From an uncultured Spirochaetota bacterium (GTDB taxonomy: Bacteria; Spirochaetota; Spirochaetia; SZUA-6; Fen-1364): a DNA stretch of 64,000 nt. Below the pieces are notes generated by a model. That model searched no databases. It was not told the DNA's origin and was given only the letters and a program-made list of their open reading frames with translations. The translations under genes were made by a program, and so were the position numbers. Where the stretch lies: NCBI GenBank assembly GCA_963734545.1, contig CAVTHO010000005.1, forward strand, positions 96,001-160,000, given 5' to 3'. Position 1 is the first letter of the stretch. Each line of letters begins with the position of its first letter. Shown here piece after piece: positions 30,254 through 40,773 of this stretch.

Positions 30254-31100
30254 CCCTGCATCCCTTCCTTTGTCCGCGAGGTGAACCAGTCAATCGAGCC
30301 GGCGCGCAACCGTGATGGGGTCAGGCAGGCTGGGAAGCGCGTTCGCGGCATACCATCCGGCATCCAGGAGCTCGGATTCGTCGATCCTGATTTCTCCGCC
30401 CGCGTACTCCGCGGTGAAGGCGACCATGAGTGAATGGGGGAACGGCCACGGCTGGCTGGCGAAATAGCGGAGGTTCTTCACCTCGATACCGGTCTCTTCG
30501 CGCACCTCGCGCGCCACGCACTCCTCGAGGGTCTCCCCCGGTTCAACGTATCCGGCCAGCACGCTGTAGAAGCCGGGCGGAAACCTGCGGGCCCGTGCCA
30601 GCAGGAGCTTGTCTTCCTTCACGACCGCCACGATCACCGCGGGCGAGATTCGTGGATAGCTCAGGTGGCCGCACGACGGGCATTCCCGTGCGCGCTCTCC
30701 TTCCTTGAACGTCGTTGCCGCGCCGCACGTGCCGCAGAAGCGGTGGGTGCGGTCCCACTCCAGCACCTCCAGCGCGCGCGCTGCCACGGCGAAAAATCCA
30801 TCCGAGATCCGTCCGAAAAGAGATCGGATGCCTTCAAAGGTCCAGGCTTCGGGGGCGGGCACGTCGGTGGGGATCTCAACTGTCCTGCAGGGATTTCCGT
30901 CGGCCACTCCCAGGTAGTGCGCATGATCCACTTCGAGACCGAGGCTGGACAGGTCTTCGAGGAACGGCGAGCCGGCTGTTTCCCTCACCCGCGGAGATGA
31001 GAATCCTCCCGCCCTGAAAAATCAGCCAGTGTGAGGGGCCGGGAAGACGGGCCGGCTCCTGATTGCCAGGAGCGAACTCATCGAATGAGGGAACTATCAC
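30250..31100 (-). CDS. nudC: NAD+ diphosphatase; frameshifted near both ends, start approximate
   Basis: RFCGTCG, YPRISPAVIV, Nudix box GYVEPGETLEECVAREVREETG and SQPWPFPHS. Confidence 0.9.
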
Positions 31101-31339
31101 AGATTGGAAAATAGCAGGATAGCTTCTAAGTGAAAAGTGTATCAAAAATACCCACAATGGGCCATAATATTACGCCATGAGTCATAACACCACAGTTATT
31201 TGCCAAAACCCATGGGCCATTCGCTTGGCAGCCCCGGCATTAATTGTATACTCCATATGTATTTATATGAAATTGCCTACCTTGGCACGCATTCATGCTT
31301 AATGAGGGTGTGATTCATGAAACCAATAGGAGGTACGAT

Positions 31340-31767
31340 ATGAACCTGATCCGTTACAACCCCAGCTCGCTGGACCTTCTGGACAATGTTTCCAGCTGGT
31401 TCGACGACTTCTTCACGGAGCCCGACTGTTCGGCCGAACCGCGATCCCCGCGGTGGACGTGCGGGAGACCGACGCCGAGTACCTCATGGAGGTGGAGCTC
31501 CCCGGCCTGACCGAGAAGGACGTCGAGGTCAAGCTGGAGAACACGCTGCTCACCATCTCCTCCAGCAAGGACGAGAAGAAGGAAGAGAAGAAGAACGGCT
31601 ACGTCTTGCGCGAGCGCAGGTCGTCGCAGTTCAGCCGCAGCTTCGTTCTCCCCGAGGGCGTCGACCGGGAGAAGATCGCCGCGGAGTTCAAGAACGGCAT
31701 CCTGAACCTGACCTTCCCCAAGGTGCCGGCCGCGAAGCCGAAAACGATCGAAGTAAAGTCCAGCTAA
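31340..31767 (+). CDS. Hsp20/alpha-crystallin small heat-shock protein; frameshift near 31430
   Basis: AGGAGG RBS; AVDVRET, ELPG, ERRSSQFSRSFVLP and FKNGIL motifs. Confidence 0.92.
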
Positions 31768-31779
31768 AGGTCCGTTCGC

Positions 31780-31820
31780 AATACCGCGGCGCGCTATCCG
31801 CGAATACCGCGGCGCGCTAC
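31780..31820. repeat. REP-like doublet (AATACCGCGGCGCGCTA x2, 23-bp period)
   Basis: Minus strand reads GTAGCGCGCCGCGGTATTCGCGG. Confidence 0.7.
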
Positions 31821-31857
31821 AGCGGCCTTTCTTCTGCGGACCCCCTCTGGGGGCATG

Positions 31858-31883
31858 GGACCCCCCTTGCGGGGTCCTTTTTT
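31858..31883 (+). terminator. Rho-independent terminator after hsp20
   Basis: GGACCCC/GGGGTCC stem followed by T6. Confidence 0.75.
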
Positions 31884-33398
31884 ACTTCACAACGGCGCGG
31901 ATACTTCTCGTAGGTCCTGCTCCCACGTCTCCCGGTCGCGCGGCGTGAACTCGTGGATGGGGAAGGCGGAGCGGATCATGGCCTTGGCGTCGGACAGCTT
32001 CTTGATGACACCCAGGGCCAACGGCCTGCACCATCGCGTTGCCCGACCGCCGTGGCCTCCTCGGGCCCCGCAACGACCTTCAGGCCGCACGCGTTCGCCG
32101 TCAGCTGGTTGAGGAAACTGTTTCGCGACCCTCCGCCCACGATGTGGATGACCTTGTTCGGCTTCCCGCTGACCGCGGCGATCTGCTCGCCCACCATGCG
32201 GTACTTCAGCGCGAGGCTCTCGTAGACGGTGCGCAGCATGGTACCCCTGTCGGCGGGCGGCTGCTGCCCGGTGCGCCGGCAGAACTCCACGATCGCCGTC
32301 TCCATGTTGTGCGGGTTGTAGAAGCCCGGGTCGTCGGGTCGATGAACGCGGCAAAAGGCGCGCCCTGCTCGGTGAGCCGGTTCAGCTCCTCCCACTCCAT
32401 CTCACGGCCGTCGCGCGCGCGCCAGACCCTGCGCAGCTCCTGCACCAGCCAGGTGCCCATGCAGTTCTTGAGGAAGCGGATGTTGCCGATGCCGCCCTCG
32501 TTGCTGAGGTTGGCTGCCATGGCCTCGGGACCCGTGATCGGCCGGCGCAGGAGCTTGCCGACCAGCGACCACGTGCCCGAGCTGATGATGAGCGCATGCG
32601 CGGCGGCGCGCCACCGGCGCGGCGGCATACGCGCTTGCCGTGTCGTGAGATCCCACCGCGACGATCTTCGCGGGGTTCAGTGCCGACCGATTCGGCGAGG
32701 CCGGCGCGCAGCGCTCCCACGACCGTTCCCGGCGCCACGATCGAGGGCATGACCCGCGCGGGAATGCCGAGCGCGCGCAGGATCTCCCGGCTCCACTTCT
32801 TCCTGCGCGCGTCCATGAGCTGCGTGACGCTCGCCCAGGAGGAATCCACCGCGGTCACACCGCCCAGGTAGTAGGAGAAGAGCGTCGGGGCGGGGAGGAA
32901 CCGCACGTCCTTGCGCACCAGGCCCTGCCTGTTGCTCATGAACCAGAGAAGCTGGTTGGAGAGGTTGAAGGGCTGGAAGTGGATGCCGGTGATCTCGTAG
33001 AGGCGCCGCGCGTCCATCCGGGCCTTCACCTGGTCGACCATCCCGTCCAGGCGATGGTCCCGGTAGCAGTACATGGGTCCCAGGGCGACTCCGTCCTCGG
33101 TGACGAACACGCCGTCGGCGCCCCAGGTGTCGATGCCGACGGAGTCAACGCGAGTCGCCGATCTCCCGCCGGTAGGCGCGCAGTCCTTCCACAATGTTGC
33201 GCGTAGATGAGAAGGTCGTTCCAGACGGAGCGCTCCTCCACCCGGCCGGTACGGTCCGCCAGGTGCAGCACGACGGGCTCGTGGCTGAACCTGTGGATCT
33301 CCCTCAGCGACAAACCCGTTGTCGTCGAAAAGACCGGCAAAGCACTTTCCGCCGGACGCCCCGAGGTCCACCGCGATCACTTTCGCATTTGCAGCCAT
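31882..33398 (-). CDS. Rhamnulokinase-family (RhaB-like) FGGY kinase; multiple frameshifts
   Basis: AVDLGASGG, GIDTWGAD, YRDHR, SHDTASA, ISSGTWSLVG, NEGG, YESLALKY and VGGGSRN spread over several frames. Confidence 0.85.
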
Positions 33399-33526
33399 GG
33401 CTCACCGCTCCTGGGCCACCCTACCACCGCGCCTGCGTCAAGGCAAGCATTCGGCAAACGCGCGGTACGCGCGGGGGATTGCCTTGACCCGCGCCGCGGC
33501 GGCGGGTACTTTTTGAAAGAGCCCCC

Positions 33527-34093
33527 ATGAGAACGATCTTCAATCGCCTCGCTGAATCTTTCAGCTCCACGTGGAGGCTCCTGACCGACACGACGAACTT
33601 TCTCAGCCGCATCGGGATACTGGAAAAGTACGAGACGGAGCTCCGCGCCTGGCGCGAGCGGCTTTCGCGCGCCCGGAACGACCAGCTGGCCGTGCACCAG
33701 GTCCGGGACGAGATCGTGGCTGTCCGGCGCCTGCTGCGGGAGCAGGGCCACGACCTGCGCCTGGGCTCGAAGGACATCGCGCTCGAGGGCTTTCGCCATG
33801 ACGATTCGATGGCGGAGGGATTCAGGCGGATGGTCCTGGGCCTCGCGGAGAACGACGTGTACTGGCTGACCGGGGAGGCAAACCATATCGAGCTCGCAGA
33901 AAGGCTGGACCAGGCGTGCCGGGAAAGACGCGGGTGCCAGCCCTTTGCGCTGCATTGCCTGTGGTACCGGTGGAGAAACAATGTGCTCGTGCTCTCGGGC
34001 GCCGCCTCGGAAACGGCGGAGATGTTCGATGAGTTCCGCCTGTACTTCTCGAAAAATCGCGAGTTCCTGCTGAAGAAGCTGTCCCGGCTGTAG
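33527..34093 (+). CDS. Hypothetical protein
   Basis: 188-aa ORF with genome-like codon usage; no recognised motif. Confidence 0.75.
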   Translation: MRTIFNRLAESFSSTWRLLTDTTNFLSRIGILEKYETELRAWRERLSRARNDQLAVHQVRDEIVAVRRLLREQGHDLRLGSKDIALEGFRHDDSMAEGFRRMVLGLAENDVYWLTGEANHIELAERLDQACRERRGCQPFALHCLWYRWRNNVLVLSGAASETAEMFDEFRLYFSKNREFLLKKLSRL

Positions 34094-34111
34094 CGAGCGC
34101 CCGGGATCGGC

Positions 34112-35212
34112 CTAGGGGATCGTCTTCAAGCCGTGCTCGACCGAATGGCGCTCCATGGCGAGCGCGATAAGCCTGTCCACCAGCTCCCGGTAGGAGACGC
34201 CGCTGGCCTCCCAGAGCTTGGGGTACATGCTGATCCGGGTGAAGCCAGGAATCGTGTTGATTTCATTGACGAGGACCTCGACGTTGTCCCGCAGGAACAT
34301 GTCCACCCGGGCCATCCCCTCGCCGCACAGCACCTTGAATGCCCGCACGGCAAGCGCGCGCACGCGCTCGGTGGTCGGCCCGGTGAGCGCCGCCGGAATA
34401 TGGAGCACGGCGCCGTTTTCGTCGATGTACTTGGCGTCATAGTCGTAAAAGTCGTGGCCGCCCCCCGTGACGATCTCCCCGGGAACGGAAGCGAGCGGTT
34501 CCTGATTGCCCAGCACGGAGCACTCGATCTCCCGGCCGCGGATGTACTCTTCCACGAGGACCTTCGTATCGTACTGGAACGCTTCCGCCACTGCTTTCTC
34601 GTATTGCGCCGCGGTTTCCGCGCGCGCGATGCCCACCGAGGATCCGAGATTCGCGGGCTTCACGAAGACAGGCACGCCCAGGGAGCCGGCCACCGATTCG
34701 AACTCCGGCACCGCGCTTCCGCGCGTCATGACCAGGAACTTCGCGATCGGGATTCCCGCGTCCCGCAGGAGGCGTTTCATCACGTCCTTGTCCATTCCGA
34801 CCGCTGAGCCCAGCACGCCCGCGCCGACGCAGGGCAGGTTGGCAAGCCGGCAGAGCCCCTGCACGGAACCATCTTCCCCATACGGCCCGTGGAGAACGGG
34901 GAAAACAACGTCCAGCTTTCCCAGGTCGCGGTTTTCCGAAACGTCGACCAGGCGACTCTTCTCCCCGCGCGCCATCAGGGCAACCTCCCGGGGTGAATCC
35001 GCAACCAGGTTGGGCAAAGGACGGGCGGAATCGAAGAGAACGCGCGTCTGCTCGTCCAGGTGCCAGCGTCCCTCCCGGTCGATGCCGATCAGGACAGGCT
35101 CGTATTTCTCCCGGTCGAGCGCCTCCAGCACGTTCTTCGCCGACTGGAGGGAGACTTCGTGCTCGGCGGACCTGCCGCCGAACACGACGCCGACTCTGAT
35201 TTTCTTTGCCAT
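34112..35212 (-). CDS. ddl: D-alanine--D-alanine ligase
   Basis: GGRSAEHEVS, LHGPYGEDG, KPANLGSSVG, YDYDAKY and NEINTIPGFT...SMYP motifs. Confidence 0.96.
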   Translation of the reverse strand: MAKKIRVGVVFGGRSAEHEVSLQSAKNVLEALDREKYEPVLIGIDREGRWHLDEQTRVLFDSARPLPNLVADSPREVALMARGEKSRLVDVSENRDLGKLDVVFPVLHGPYGEDGSVQGLCRLANLPCVGAGVLGSAVGMDKDVMKRLLRDAGIPIAKFLVMTRGSAVPEFESVAGSLGVPVFVKPANLGSSVGIARAETAAQYEKAVAEAFQYDTKVLVEEYIRGREIECSVLGNQEPLASVPGEIVTGGGHDFYDYDAKYIDENGAVLHIPAALTGPTTERVRALAVRAFKVLCGEGMARVDMFLRDNVEVLVNEINTIPGFTRISMYPKLWEASGVSYRELVDRLIALAMERHSVEHGLKTIP

Positions 35213-35287
35213 CGCGCCAGAGTATGCGGAGCGCCGTCTCAGTGTCCAGAACTGAAGGAGAACCGGATCAATCCCGGCGGGCGGAGC

Positions 35288-36646
35288 TCACCCCTTCTTC
35301 CTGTTCCACTCCTCGACCTTCGGCATGATCACGGTATCGTAGAATGTCCGGCTGATCGGATAGAAGGAAAGAACAAGAACGCCCCCGATGAAAAACAGGG
35401 CGCCGATCGGCCCCACGAGGAGCTGGATGCCGAGCTTCGAGGTCTCCGTCTGTTCCACGTTGGCCGCGTATCCGAATGCGGCGAGGACGAGCCCGTTGAT
35501 GAGATTGCCGACGGCGACGCCCACCTTGTTCATGAAGTTCCACACCCCGTAGAAGGCACCTTCCCGGCGTACGCCGTTCTGCGCGTAGTCCAGCTCCACC
35601 GTGTCGGGGATGATCGCGAAGGGCATCACGTAGTTGGTGGAGAAGCCGATGCCGGCGACCGCCATGATGATGTAGAAGAATGTCGGTCCCGCCTGCCGGG
35701 CGAAAAGGAAGATGACGAGGACCGCTGCCGCGACAAGACCCATGCCGAGGTTGTACGCCCACTTCTTTCCGATCCTCTTTGAAAGGAAGGTCCAGATCCA
35801 GATGGAAGGAATGACCGGAATCAGGAGCAGGGCAAGGGCAAGCTCGAGCGAAGCGGCCCCGCCGTAAATGTACTTGAAGTAGTAGATCAGGGCGCCCTGG
35901 ACAATGACCGTCCCGCAGATGTGCAGGGCATACGACGCAAGTGCCATGATGAACGGCTTGTTGCCGAATGCCGCAGCGTAGGTCTTGACGAACCCCTGCT
36001 GATCGCGTGCCTCCTCCACCGTACGCTTCGGCTCCTTCACCGTGAAGACCGTGATCAGGGCCGTGACCAGCATCACGGCGCCCATGATGCCGGCCATGCC
36101 CGACCATCCGCTGTTCTGCTCGGGGAAGAGACCGACGATCTGCCGCACGAGAAGAGCGCCTATGAAGGTGCCCACCACGGCAAAGCTCATGCGGAAGGCG
36201 TTCAGCGTCGTCCGCTCGTCGAAGTCGTGCGTGAGCTCGGGCGTCAGGGCGCCGTAGGGGATGGTCACCATCGTGAATGCGGTGGTGAGCAGGCAGTAGG
36301 CAACGGCCATCCAGATGAAGAGCCAGAGCTGGCTCTCGATGCGGGGGTTCGTGTACTGGAGTATCATCGTGAAGAAGAGAAAAATCGCTCCCCAGAACAT
36401 CCAGGGACGGCGCCGGCCCCAGCGGCTCTTGGTCCGGTCGGAGAGGTATCCCACGGCAGGATCCGTGAATGCGTCACATACCTTTCCGATCGTCATTGCA
36501 ATTCCGGCCAGCCCGGCTCCGAGCATCGCCACATCGGTCATGAAGTTCAGCAGGTAGAAACCCATCATGGTGAAAAACAGGTTCCCGCCAAGGTCGCATA
36601 TCCCGAAGCCCAGCTTTGTCCCAAGGCTCAGTCGCTTGCTTTCCAC
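35288..36646 (-). CDS. MFS glycoside-pentoside-hexuronide (MelB-like) symporter
   Basis: DAFTDP, SDRTKSRWGRRRPW, PYGALTPELT and RREGAFYG motifs. Confidence 0.93.
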   Translation of the reverse strand: MESKRLSLGTKLGFGICDLGGNLFFTMMGFYLLNFMTDVAMLGAGLAGIAMTIGKVCDAFTDPAVGYLSDRTKSRWGRRRPWMFWGAIFLFFTMILQYTNPRIESQLWLFIWMAVAYCLLTTAFTMVTIPYGALTPELTHDFDERTTLNAFRMSFAVVGTFIGALLVRQIVGLFPEQNSGWSGMAGIMGAVMLVTALITVFTVKEPKRTVEEARDQQGFVKTYAAAFGNKPFIMALASYALHICGTVIVQGALIYYFKYIYGGAASLELALALLLIPVIPSIWIWTFLSKRIGKKWAYNLGMGLVAAAVLVIFLFARQAGPTFFYIIMAVAGIGFSTNYVMPFAIIPDTVELDYAQNGVRREGAFYGVWNFMNKVGVAVGNLINGLVLAAFGYAANVEQTETSKLGIQLLVGPIGALFFIGGVLVLSFYPISRTFYDTVIMPKVEEWNRKKG

Positions 36647-36819
36647 GTCTCACCCCCTTTTTCCGGCGGGATCTCGACACACGCAGGGTCGATTATGGAA
36701 GCGGCCCGGCGAGTTGTCAACGAGCCTGGCCCCCTGTTTTTTGCATTGTGACTGCCGATAAGATCTGTAGAACCGCGGGCACGCGCGCGGTATTGTTGAG
36801 GGTGCGAGGAGCAGGTCCC

Positions 36820-37230
36820 ATGAAAAGCAGCAAGACTGATTCGATCAAGGCTTCTGCGCTGATCCCGGCGCCGCCCGAGGCGATCTACGCGGCATGGATG
36901 AGCAGCAAGGGTCACGGTGAGATGACCGGCAGCCCGGCCAATGTGACGGCGCGCGCCGGGTCGCAGTTCAGCGCCTGGGATGGGTATATTTCCGGCAGGA
37001 CGCTGGAGCTGAAGCCTCCCTCCCGCATCCTCCAGTCGTGGCGGACGACCGATTTTGCCGAAGAAGAGCCGGATTCGCTGCTGGAGGTCCTCCTGGTCAA
37101 GGCGAAGGGCGGCACGCGCGTGACCCTGAATCACTCGCGCATCCCGTCGGGCCATGGTCCCGAGTACAAGAAGGGCTGGATCGACTTCTATTTCAAGCCG
37201 ATGAAGGAATACTTCGCCAGGAGCAGGTAG
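36820..37230 (+). CDS. SRPBCC/AHSA1-like domain protein
   Basis: IYAAWM, FSAWDGYISG, ILQSWRT and GWIDFYF motifs. Confidence 0.85.
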   Translation: MKSSKTDSIKASALIPAPPEAIYAAWMSSKGHGEMTGSPANVTARAGSQFSAWDGYISGRTLELKPPSRILQSWRTTDFAEEEPDSLLEVLLVKAKGGTRVTLNHSRIPSGHGPEYKKGWIDFYFKPMKEYFARSR

Positions 37231-37911
37231 GTGACCAGGCTTTCGGTACGGCTTCTCCCCCTCCTCCTGTTCGCATTCCTCGACGCATGCGCCACGGTGC
37301 CCCGGCACATCACCTTTGAACCGGCGCCGGCAAAGGCGACCATGGATCCGGCTACCGTTGCCCTCAGGACCAGGCTTGTGGAAGGCGCCCGGTCGATCCT
37401 TGGGAAGAAGCAGCTCGTCATCCGGGGGAGACGCTTCAACATGGATTGCACCGGCGTGGTGCTCGCCATCTACTGGTACGCCGGGATCGATCTTGCGCGG
37501 GACTTCAACAAATTCAAGGGCAACGGGGTCACGCGGATCTACAAGACACTCGAACGGGACAACCTGCTGTATTCAAACGACTATCCGCTCCCGGGGGATA
37601 TCATCTTCTGGGACAACACCTACGACGAGAACGAGGACGCCCGCTGGGACGATCCTCTCTCCCATGTGGGCATGGTGGTAAGAGTGGACGGGGACGGCAC
37701 GATCTCGTACATCCACGATCACATCCGCAATGGGATCACGATCGATTACATGAATCTCCGCAAACCCGACACGTGGAAAAGCGTCGAAAACGGCCACGTC
37801 CGCGTCATCAACTCCCCGATGCGCCTGGCGGCGGCGGGCAAACCGCATCCGCCTGACTGGCTCGCCGGACAGCTCTACCGCGCGTTGGGAATGGCATACC
37901 TGCTGCAATAG
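37231..37911 (+). CDS. NlpC/P60-CHAP family putative cell-wall hydrolase, probable lipoprotein
   Basis: Hydrophobic leader ending in Cys; DCTG nucleophile, PGDIIFW and SHVGMV. Confidence 0.8.
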   Translation: MTRLSVRLLPLLLFAFLDACATVPRHITFEPAPAKATMDPATVALRTRLVEGARSILGKKQLVIRGRRFNMDCTGVVLAIYWYAGIDLARDFNKFKGNGVTRIYKTLERDNLLYSNDYPLPGDIIFWDNTYDENEDARWDDPLSHVGMVVRVDGDGTISYIHDHIRNGITIDYMNLRKPDTWKSVENGHVRVINSPMRLAAAGKPHPPDWLAGQLYRALGMAYLLQ

Positions 37912-37940
37912 AGGGCAGGCGTATCGATACCAGAGCTGTG

Positions 37941-39617
37941 CTAGGAGCCTTTAGGACGATGGTCCGTCTGATCCGGATAGACGTATCTGCCGGATATCGC
38001 GCTTCGCGCGATGTGCCAGGTCACGGCAGGCAGCCGAACCTCGAAACAGGCACCCCGCTGGGGAAGATTCGACACGCGCACGCACCCTCCATAGCTTTCG
38101 GCGATGGCCTTGACGATCGAAAGCCCCAGCCCTGAATGCGTTCCCTTCTCCTCCCCGGGGCGGAAGCTGAAGAAACGGTCGAAAATCTTCTCCAAATGCT
38201 CCTGCGGAATGCCCGGCCCATCGTCGCACACGCGTATGACGGCCGAGTCTCCCTCATGCGCCAGGAGGACCCGCACACGTCCTCCGTCAGGGGAGAATCC
38301 CGCGGCATTGTCCAGGAGATTCTCCAGGACCTGCTGCAGCCGTCCCGGAGGGACCCGGACGGCAATGGAGCCGCCCTCCATCGTACAGGTCAACGTCTTT
38401 CCATTTGCGCGCCTGCGTACCGAGTCCGCCACCCGGCCGGCGATCTCCCGTACATCCACGGGGCTCTGTGGTCCCTCTTCGGCTGCGCCGCTGTCGATGC
38501 GGGAAATCTCCCGCACGCCGGCAAGAAGCTTCTCCATCCGGCTCACGTCCTGCATCACCATGGAGAGCATCGCCCGGCGCTCCCCGGGCGCGGGGCTCGA
38601 CAGGGCGAGCTCCGCGGCGGACCGGATGGATGCCAGGGGGTTCCTGAACTCGTGAGACACGTCCGCGGCGAATGACTCCAGCAGACGCACGTGGCGCTCG
38701 AGACGCATGGTGAGCTCGCCGAGGCTGCGGGAGAGCTCGCCCACTTCGTCCTTGGCCCGGGAGGGTGAGAACCCGCCCAGGAGCCTCCCACGCGGGTCGA
38801 GAATTGCCTGGGCGCGATCGCGGAGCCTCCGTACCGGTATGGTGATAGTCGCGGACACCAGGAGGCTGAGGACCACCGCGGTCGCGACCGACCAGAGAAA
38901 CAGCCGGAAAATATCCAGGCGCAGCACGTACAGATCGCTGAGGATGCGGTATGTGGATTGGGAGACCAGGACGGCGCCCACAACCGTTCCCCTGCTCAGG
39001 ACGGGTATCGCGCTGTAGAGCGTGACCGACTGCTGCCCTGCCGTGATTCGCGTCTGGGCGCCGTAGCCCCCGGCAAGGGCATCCATGATTTCAGGCCCCG
39101 CGAGCACGCGCGCGCCCGAGTAGTATTCATCCGAGTCGAGAGGCGGCTGCGGGGGCCGCAGATAGCGCCTCCAGAGCCGGACGGGAAACGATGCCAGGCG
39201 GTAGAGGAACGTTTCCTGCGCGGCTCGCGCGGCGGGCTGATCGCCGGCAGGGGCCGTGGCTGCGGCGCCGGAAACGACGGGCATCGCGGTGCTGCCTCCC
39301 TCGGGAGGCAGGTGACTGGAATCCGCGAGCAGAAGGCCACGGGCGTCAAGCACGCGAAGCCGCGCATCGTGTCTCTGTCGAAGGCGCTGCAGGAGCCGGA
39401 CCGCGTTCTGCGGCAGGCCGGGGCCCGCGTCCTCCAGCCCGGCAGCCAGAACCCGTCCCTGCTGTACCAATGAGCGCTCCAGCGATCTCAGGAGCTGCCT
39501 TTCGTACGTGCCCAGCGAAAGCACCCCGGCGATGGGCAGGAACACGATGAGCACATTGAAAGCCAGGACGCGCATCGAGATTCGCGAGAAAAAGGACGAG
39601 GCCCTGCCGCGCATCAT
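37941..39617 (-). CDS. Sensor histidine kinase, ChvG-like
   Basis: Two TMs, HAMP, FAADVSHEFRNPL H-box, NLLDNA, DDGPG and GLGLSI. Confidence 0.9.
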   Translation of the reverse strand: MMRGRASSFFSRISMRVLAFNVLIVFLPIAGVLSLGTYERQLLRSLERSLVQQGRVLAAGLEDAGPGLPQNAVRLLQRLRQRHDARLRVLDARGLLLADSSHLPPEGGSTAMPVVSGAAATAPAGDQPAARAAQETFLYRLASFPVRLWRRYLRPPQPPLDSDEYYSGARVLAGPEIMDALAGGYGAQTRITAGQQSVTLYSAIPVLSRGTVVGAVLVSQSTYRILSDLYVLRLDIFRLFLWSVATAVVLSLLVSATITIPVRRLRDRAQAILDPRGRLLGGFSPSRAKDEVGELSRSLGELTMRLERHVRLLESFAADVSHEFRNPLASIRSAAELALSSPAPGERRAMLSMVMQDVSRMEKLLAGVREISRIDSGAAEEGPQSPVDVREIAGRVADSVRRRANGKTLTCTMEGGSIAVRVPPGRLQQVLENLLDNAAGFSPDGGRVRVLLAHEGDSAVIRVCDDGPGIPQEHLEKIFDRFFSFRPGEEKGTHSGLGLSIVKAIAESYGGCVRVSNLPQRGACFEVRLPAVTWHIARSAISGRYVYPDQTDHRPKGS

Positions 39618-40333
39618 TCTCCGCGCAACCGATAGCCCAGGCCGTAGAGCGTCTCTATCCCGTCGTAGCCGACGTCCAGCTCCTCGAGCTTGCCGCGGAT
39701 GCGCCTGATATGGCAGTCGATCGTTCTGTCGCTCATGTAGGCGTCATGGGGGAAGGCCTCGGCCAGGAGCTGCTCCCGGGTGCGCACGTAGCCCGGCTGC
39801 CGGGCCAGGGCATGCAGGATGCGGAACTCGGTCACCGTGAGCCGCACCGGCGACCCCTTCCACGCGGCGGTGAATCTCTCCGTATCGAGGGTCAGGGACC
39901 CCACCGCCACATTGTCGCCGCCCTCCGGCGCGCGCTCCTTTTCGCCCGCTCTCGCGCCGCTGCGGCGAAACAGCACCTTCACGCGCGCCGCGAGCTCCCG
40001 CAGGGAGAAGGGCTTGCACAGGTAGTCGTCGGCGCCCAGCTCGAGGCCGAGCACCCGGTCGAACTCCTCATCGCGCGAGGTGAGGAACATGATCGGGATC
40101 TCCTGGGAAACACCCCTGATGCGGCGGCAGAGCTCCAGGCCGTCCATGCGCGGCATGATGATATCCAGGATCGCCAGGTCGGGGAGCGATGCCTCGAAGG
40201 ACTGCCAGGCCTCCGCGCCATCCGAGTAGGCGGCGGTCCTGTAGCCCTCTCCCCGCAAAGCGCGGGAGACGGTTTCCCGAAGATGTTCCTCGTCGTCTAC
40301 GATGGCCACGAGCGGCGGAAGGGGAACGCTCAC
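39614..40333 (-). CDS. OmpR-family response regulator, ChvI-like
   Basis: VDDE, LDIIMP, LTVTEF, DRTIDCHIRR and IETLYGLGYR motifs. Confidence 0.92.
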   Translation of the reverse strand: MSVPLPPLVAIVDDEEHLRETVSRALRGEGYRTAAYSDGAEAWQSFEASLPDLAILDIIMPRMDGLELCRRIRGVSQEIPIMFLTSRDEEFDRVLGLELGADDYLCKPFSLRELAARVKVLFRRSGARAGEKERAPEGGDNVAVGSLTLDTERFTAAWKGSPVRLTVTEFRILHALARQPGYVRTREQLLAEAFPHDAYMSDRTIDCHIRRIRGKLEELDVGYDGIETLYGLGYRLRGE

Positions 40334-40400
40334 CGTGCAAGTTTAGCACGAGGCACGCCCGCATGAGAACCGATTTCGGGCAATACGGCGGGGAAAGGCG

Positions 40401-40422
40401 CGCAACAATTCCGCAACAATTC
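40401..40422. promoter_or_regulatory. 11-bp direct repeat CGCAACAATTC x2, candidate OmpR-family binding site
   Basis: Perfect tandem with a one-helical-turn period; partial third copy at about 40435. Confidence 0.55.
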
Positions 40423-40500
40423 AAACCTGATAAAACAACAATGCCGTCATGGTGATGTGCGTTCCCTCGCATACGATGTGTGATCGAGAAGGGTACTGCA

Positions 40501-40704
40501 ATGCACACCGCCGAGGGGATCAGAGGGAATCGGAGACACCGGCCCATCCGAAGGATCGTGATTATCGCGATCCTGCTCGCCGTGCTCATCGAGCCTCTTG
40601 TCATGTACAAGGCGCTCGTGGAGGAGCGCGCGCAAAGGAGAACTCTCACGGGCAGCTCGCCCGCGAACCCCGCTCTCATTGCAGGAGATGAGTCGGGCCG
40701 CTGA
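40501..40704 (+). CDS. Small single-TM hypothetical protein
   Basis: Basic N-terminus followed by IVIIAILLAVLI; GAAGGG upstream. Confidence 0.5.
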   Translation: MHTAEGIRGNRRHRPIRRIVIIAILLAVLIEPLVMYKALVEERAQRRTLTGSSPANPALIAGDESGR

Positions 40705-40773
40705 CGTCCGCAGCCCTTTGCGCGCGGGCGTGCAGGGAGAGCCGGCTGTCAAACTCGCCGGCAAGGGCCGGCT

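Noticed and set aside
31882-33398. rhaB-like kinase as a true pseudogene
   Set aside because: All motifs are retained and the breaks match the contig-wide indel error pattern; it cannot be called a pseudogene without reads.
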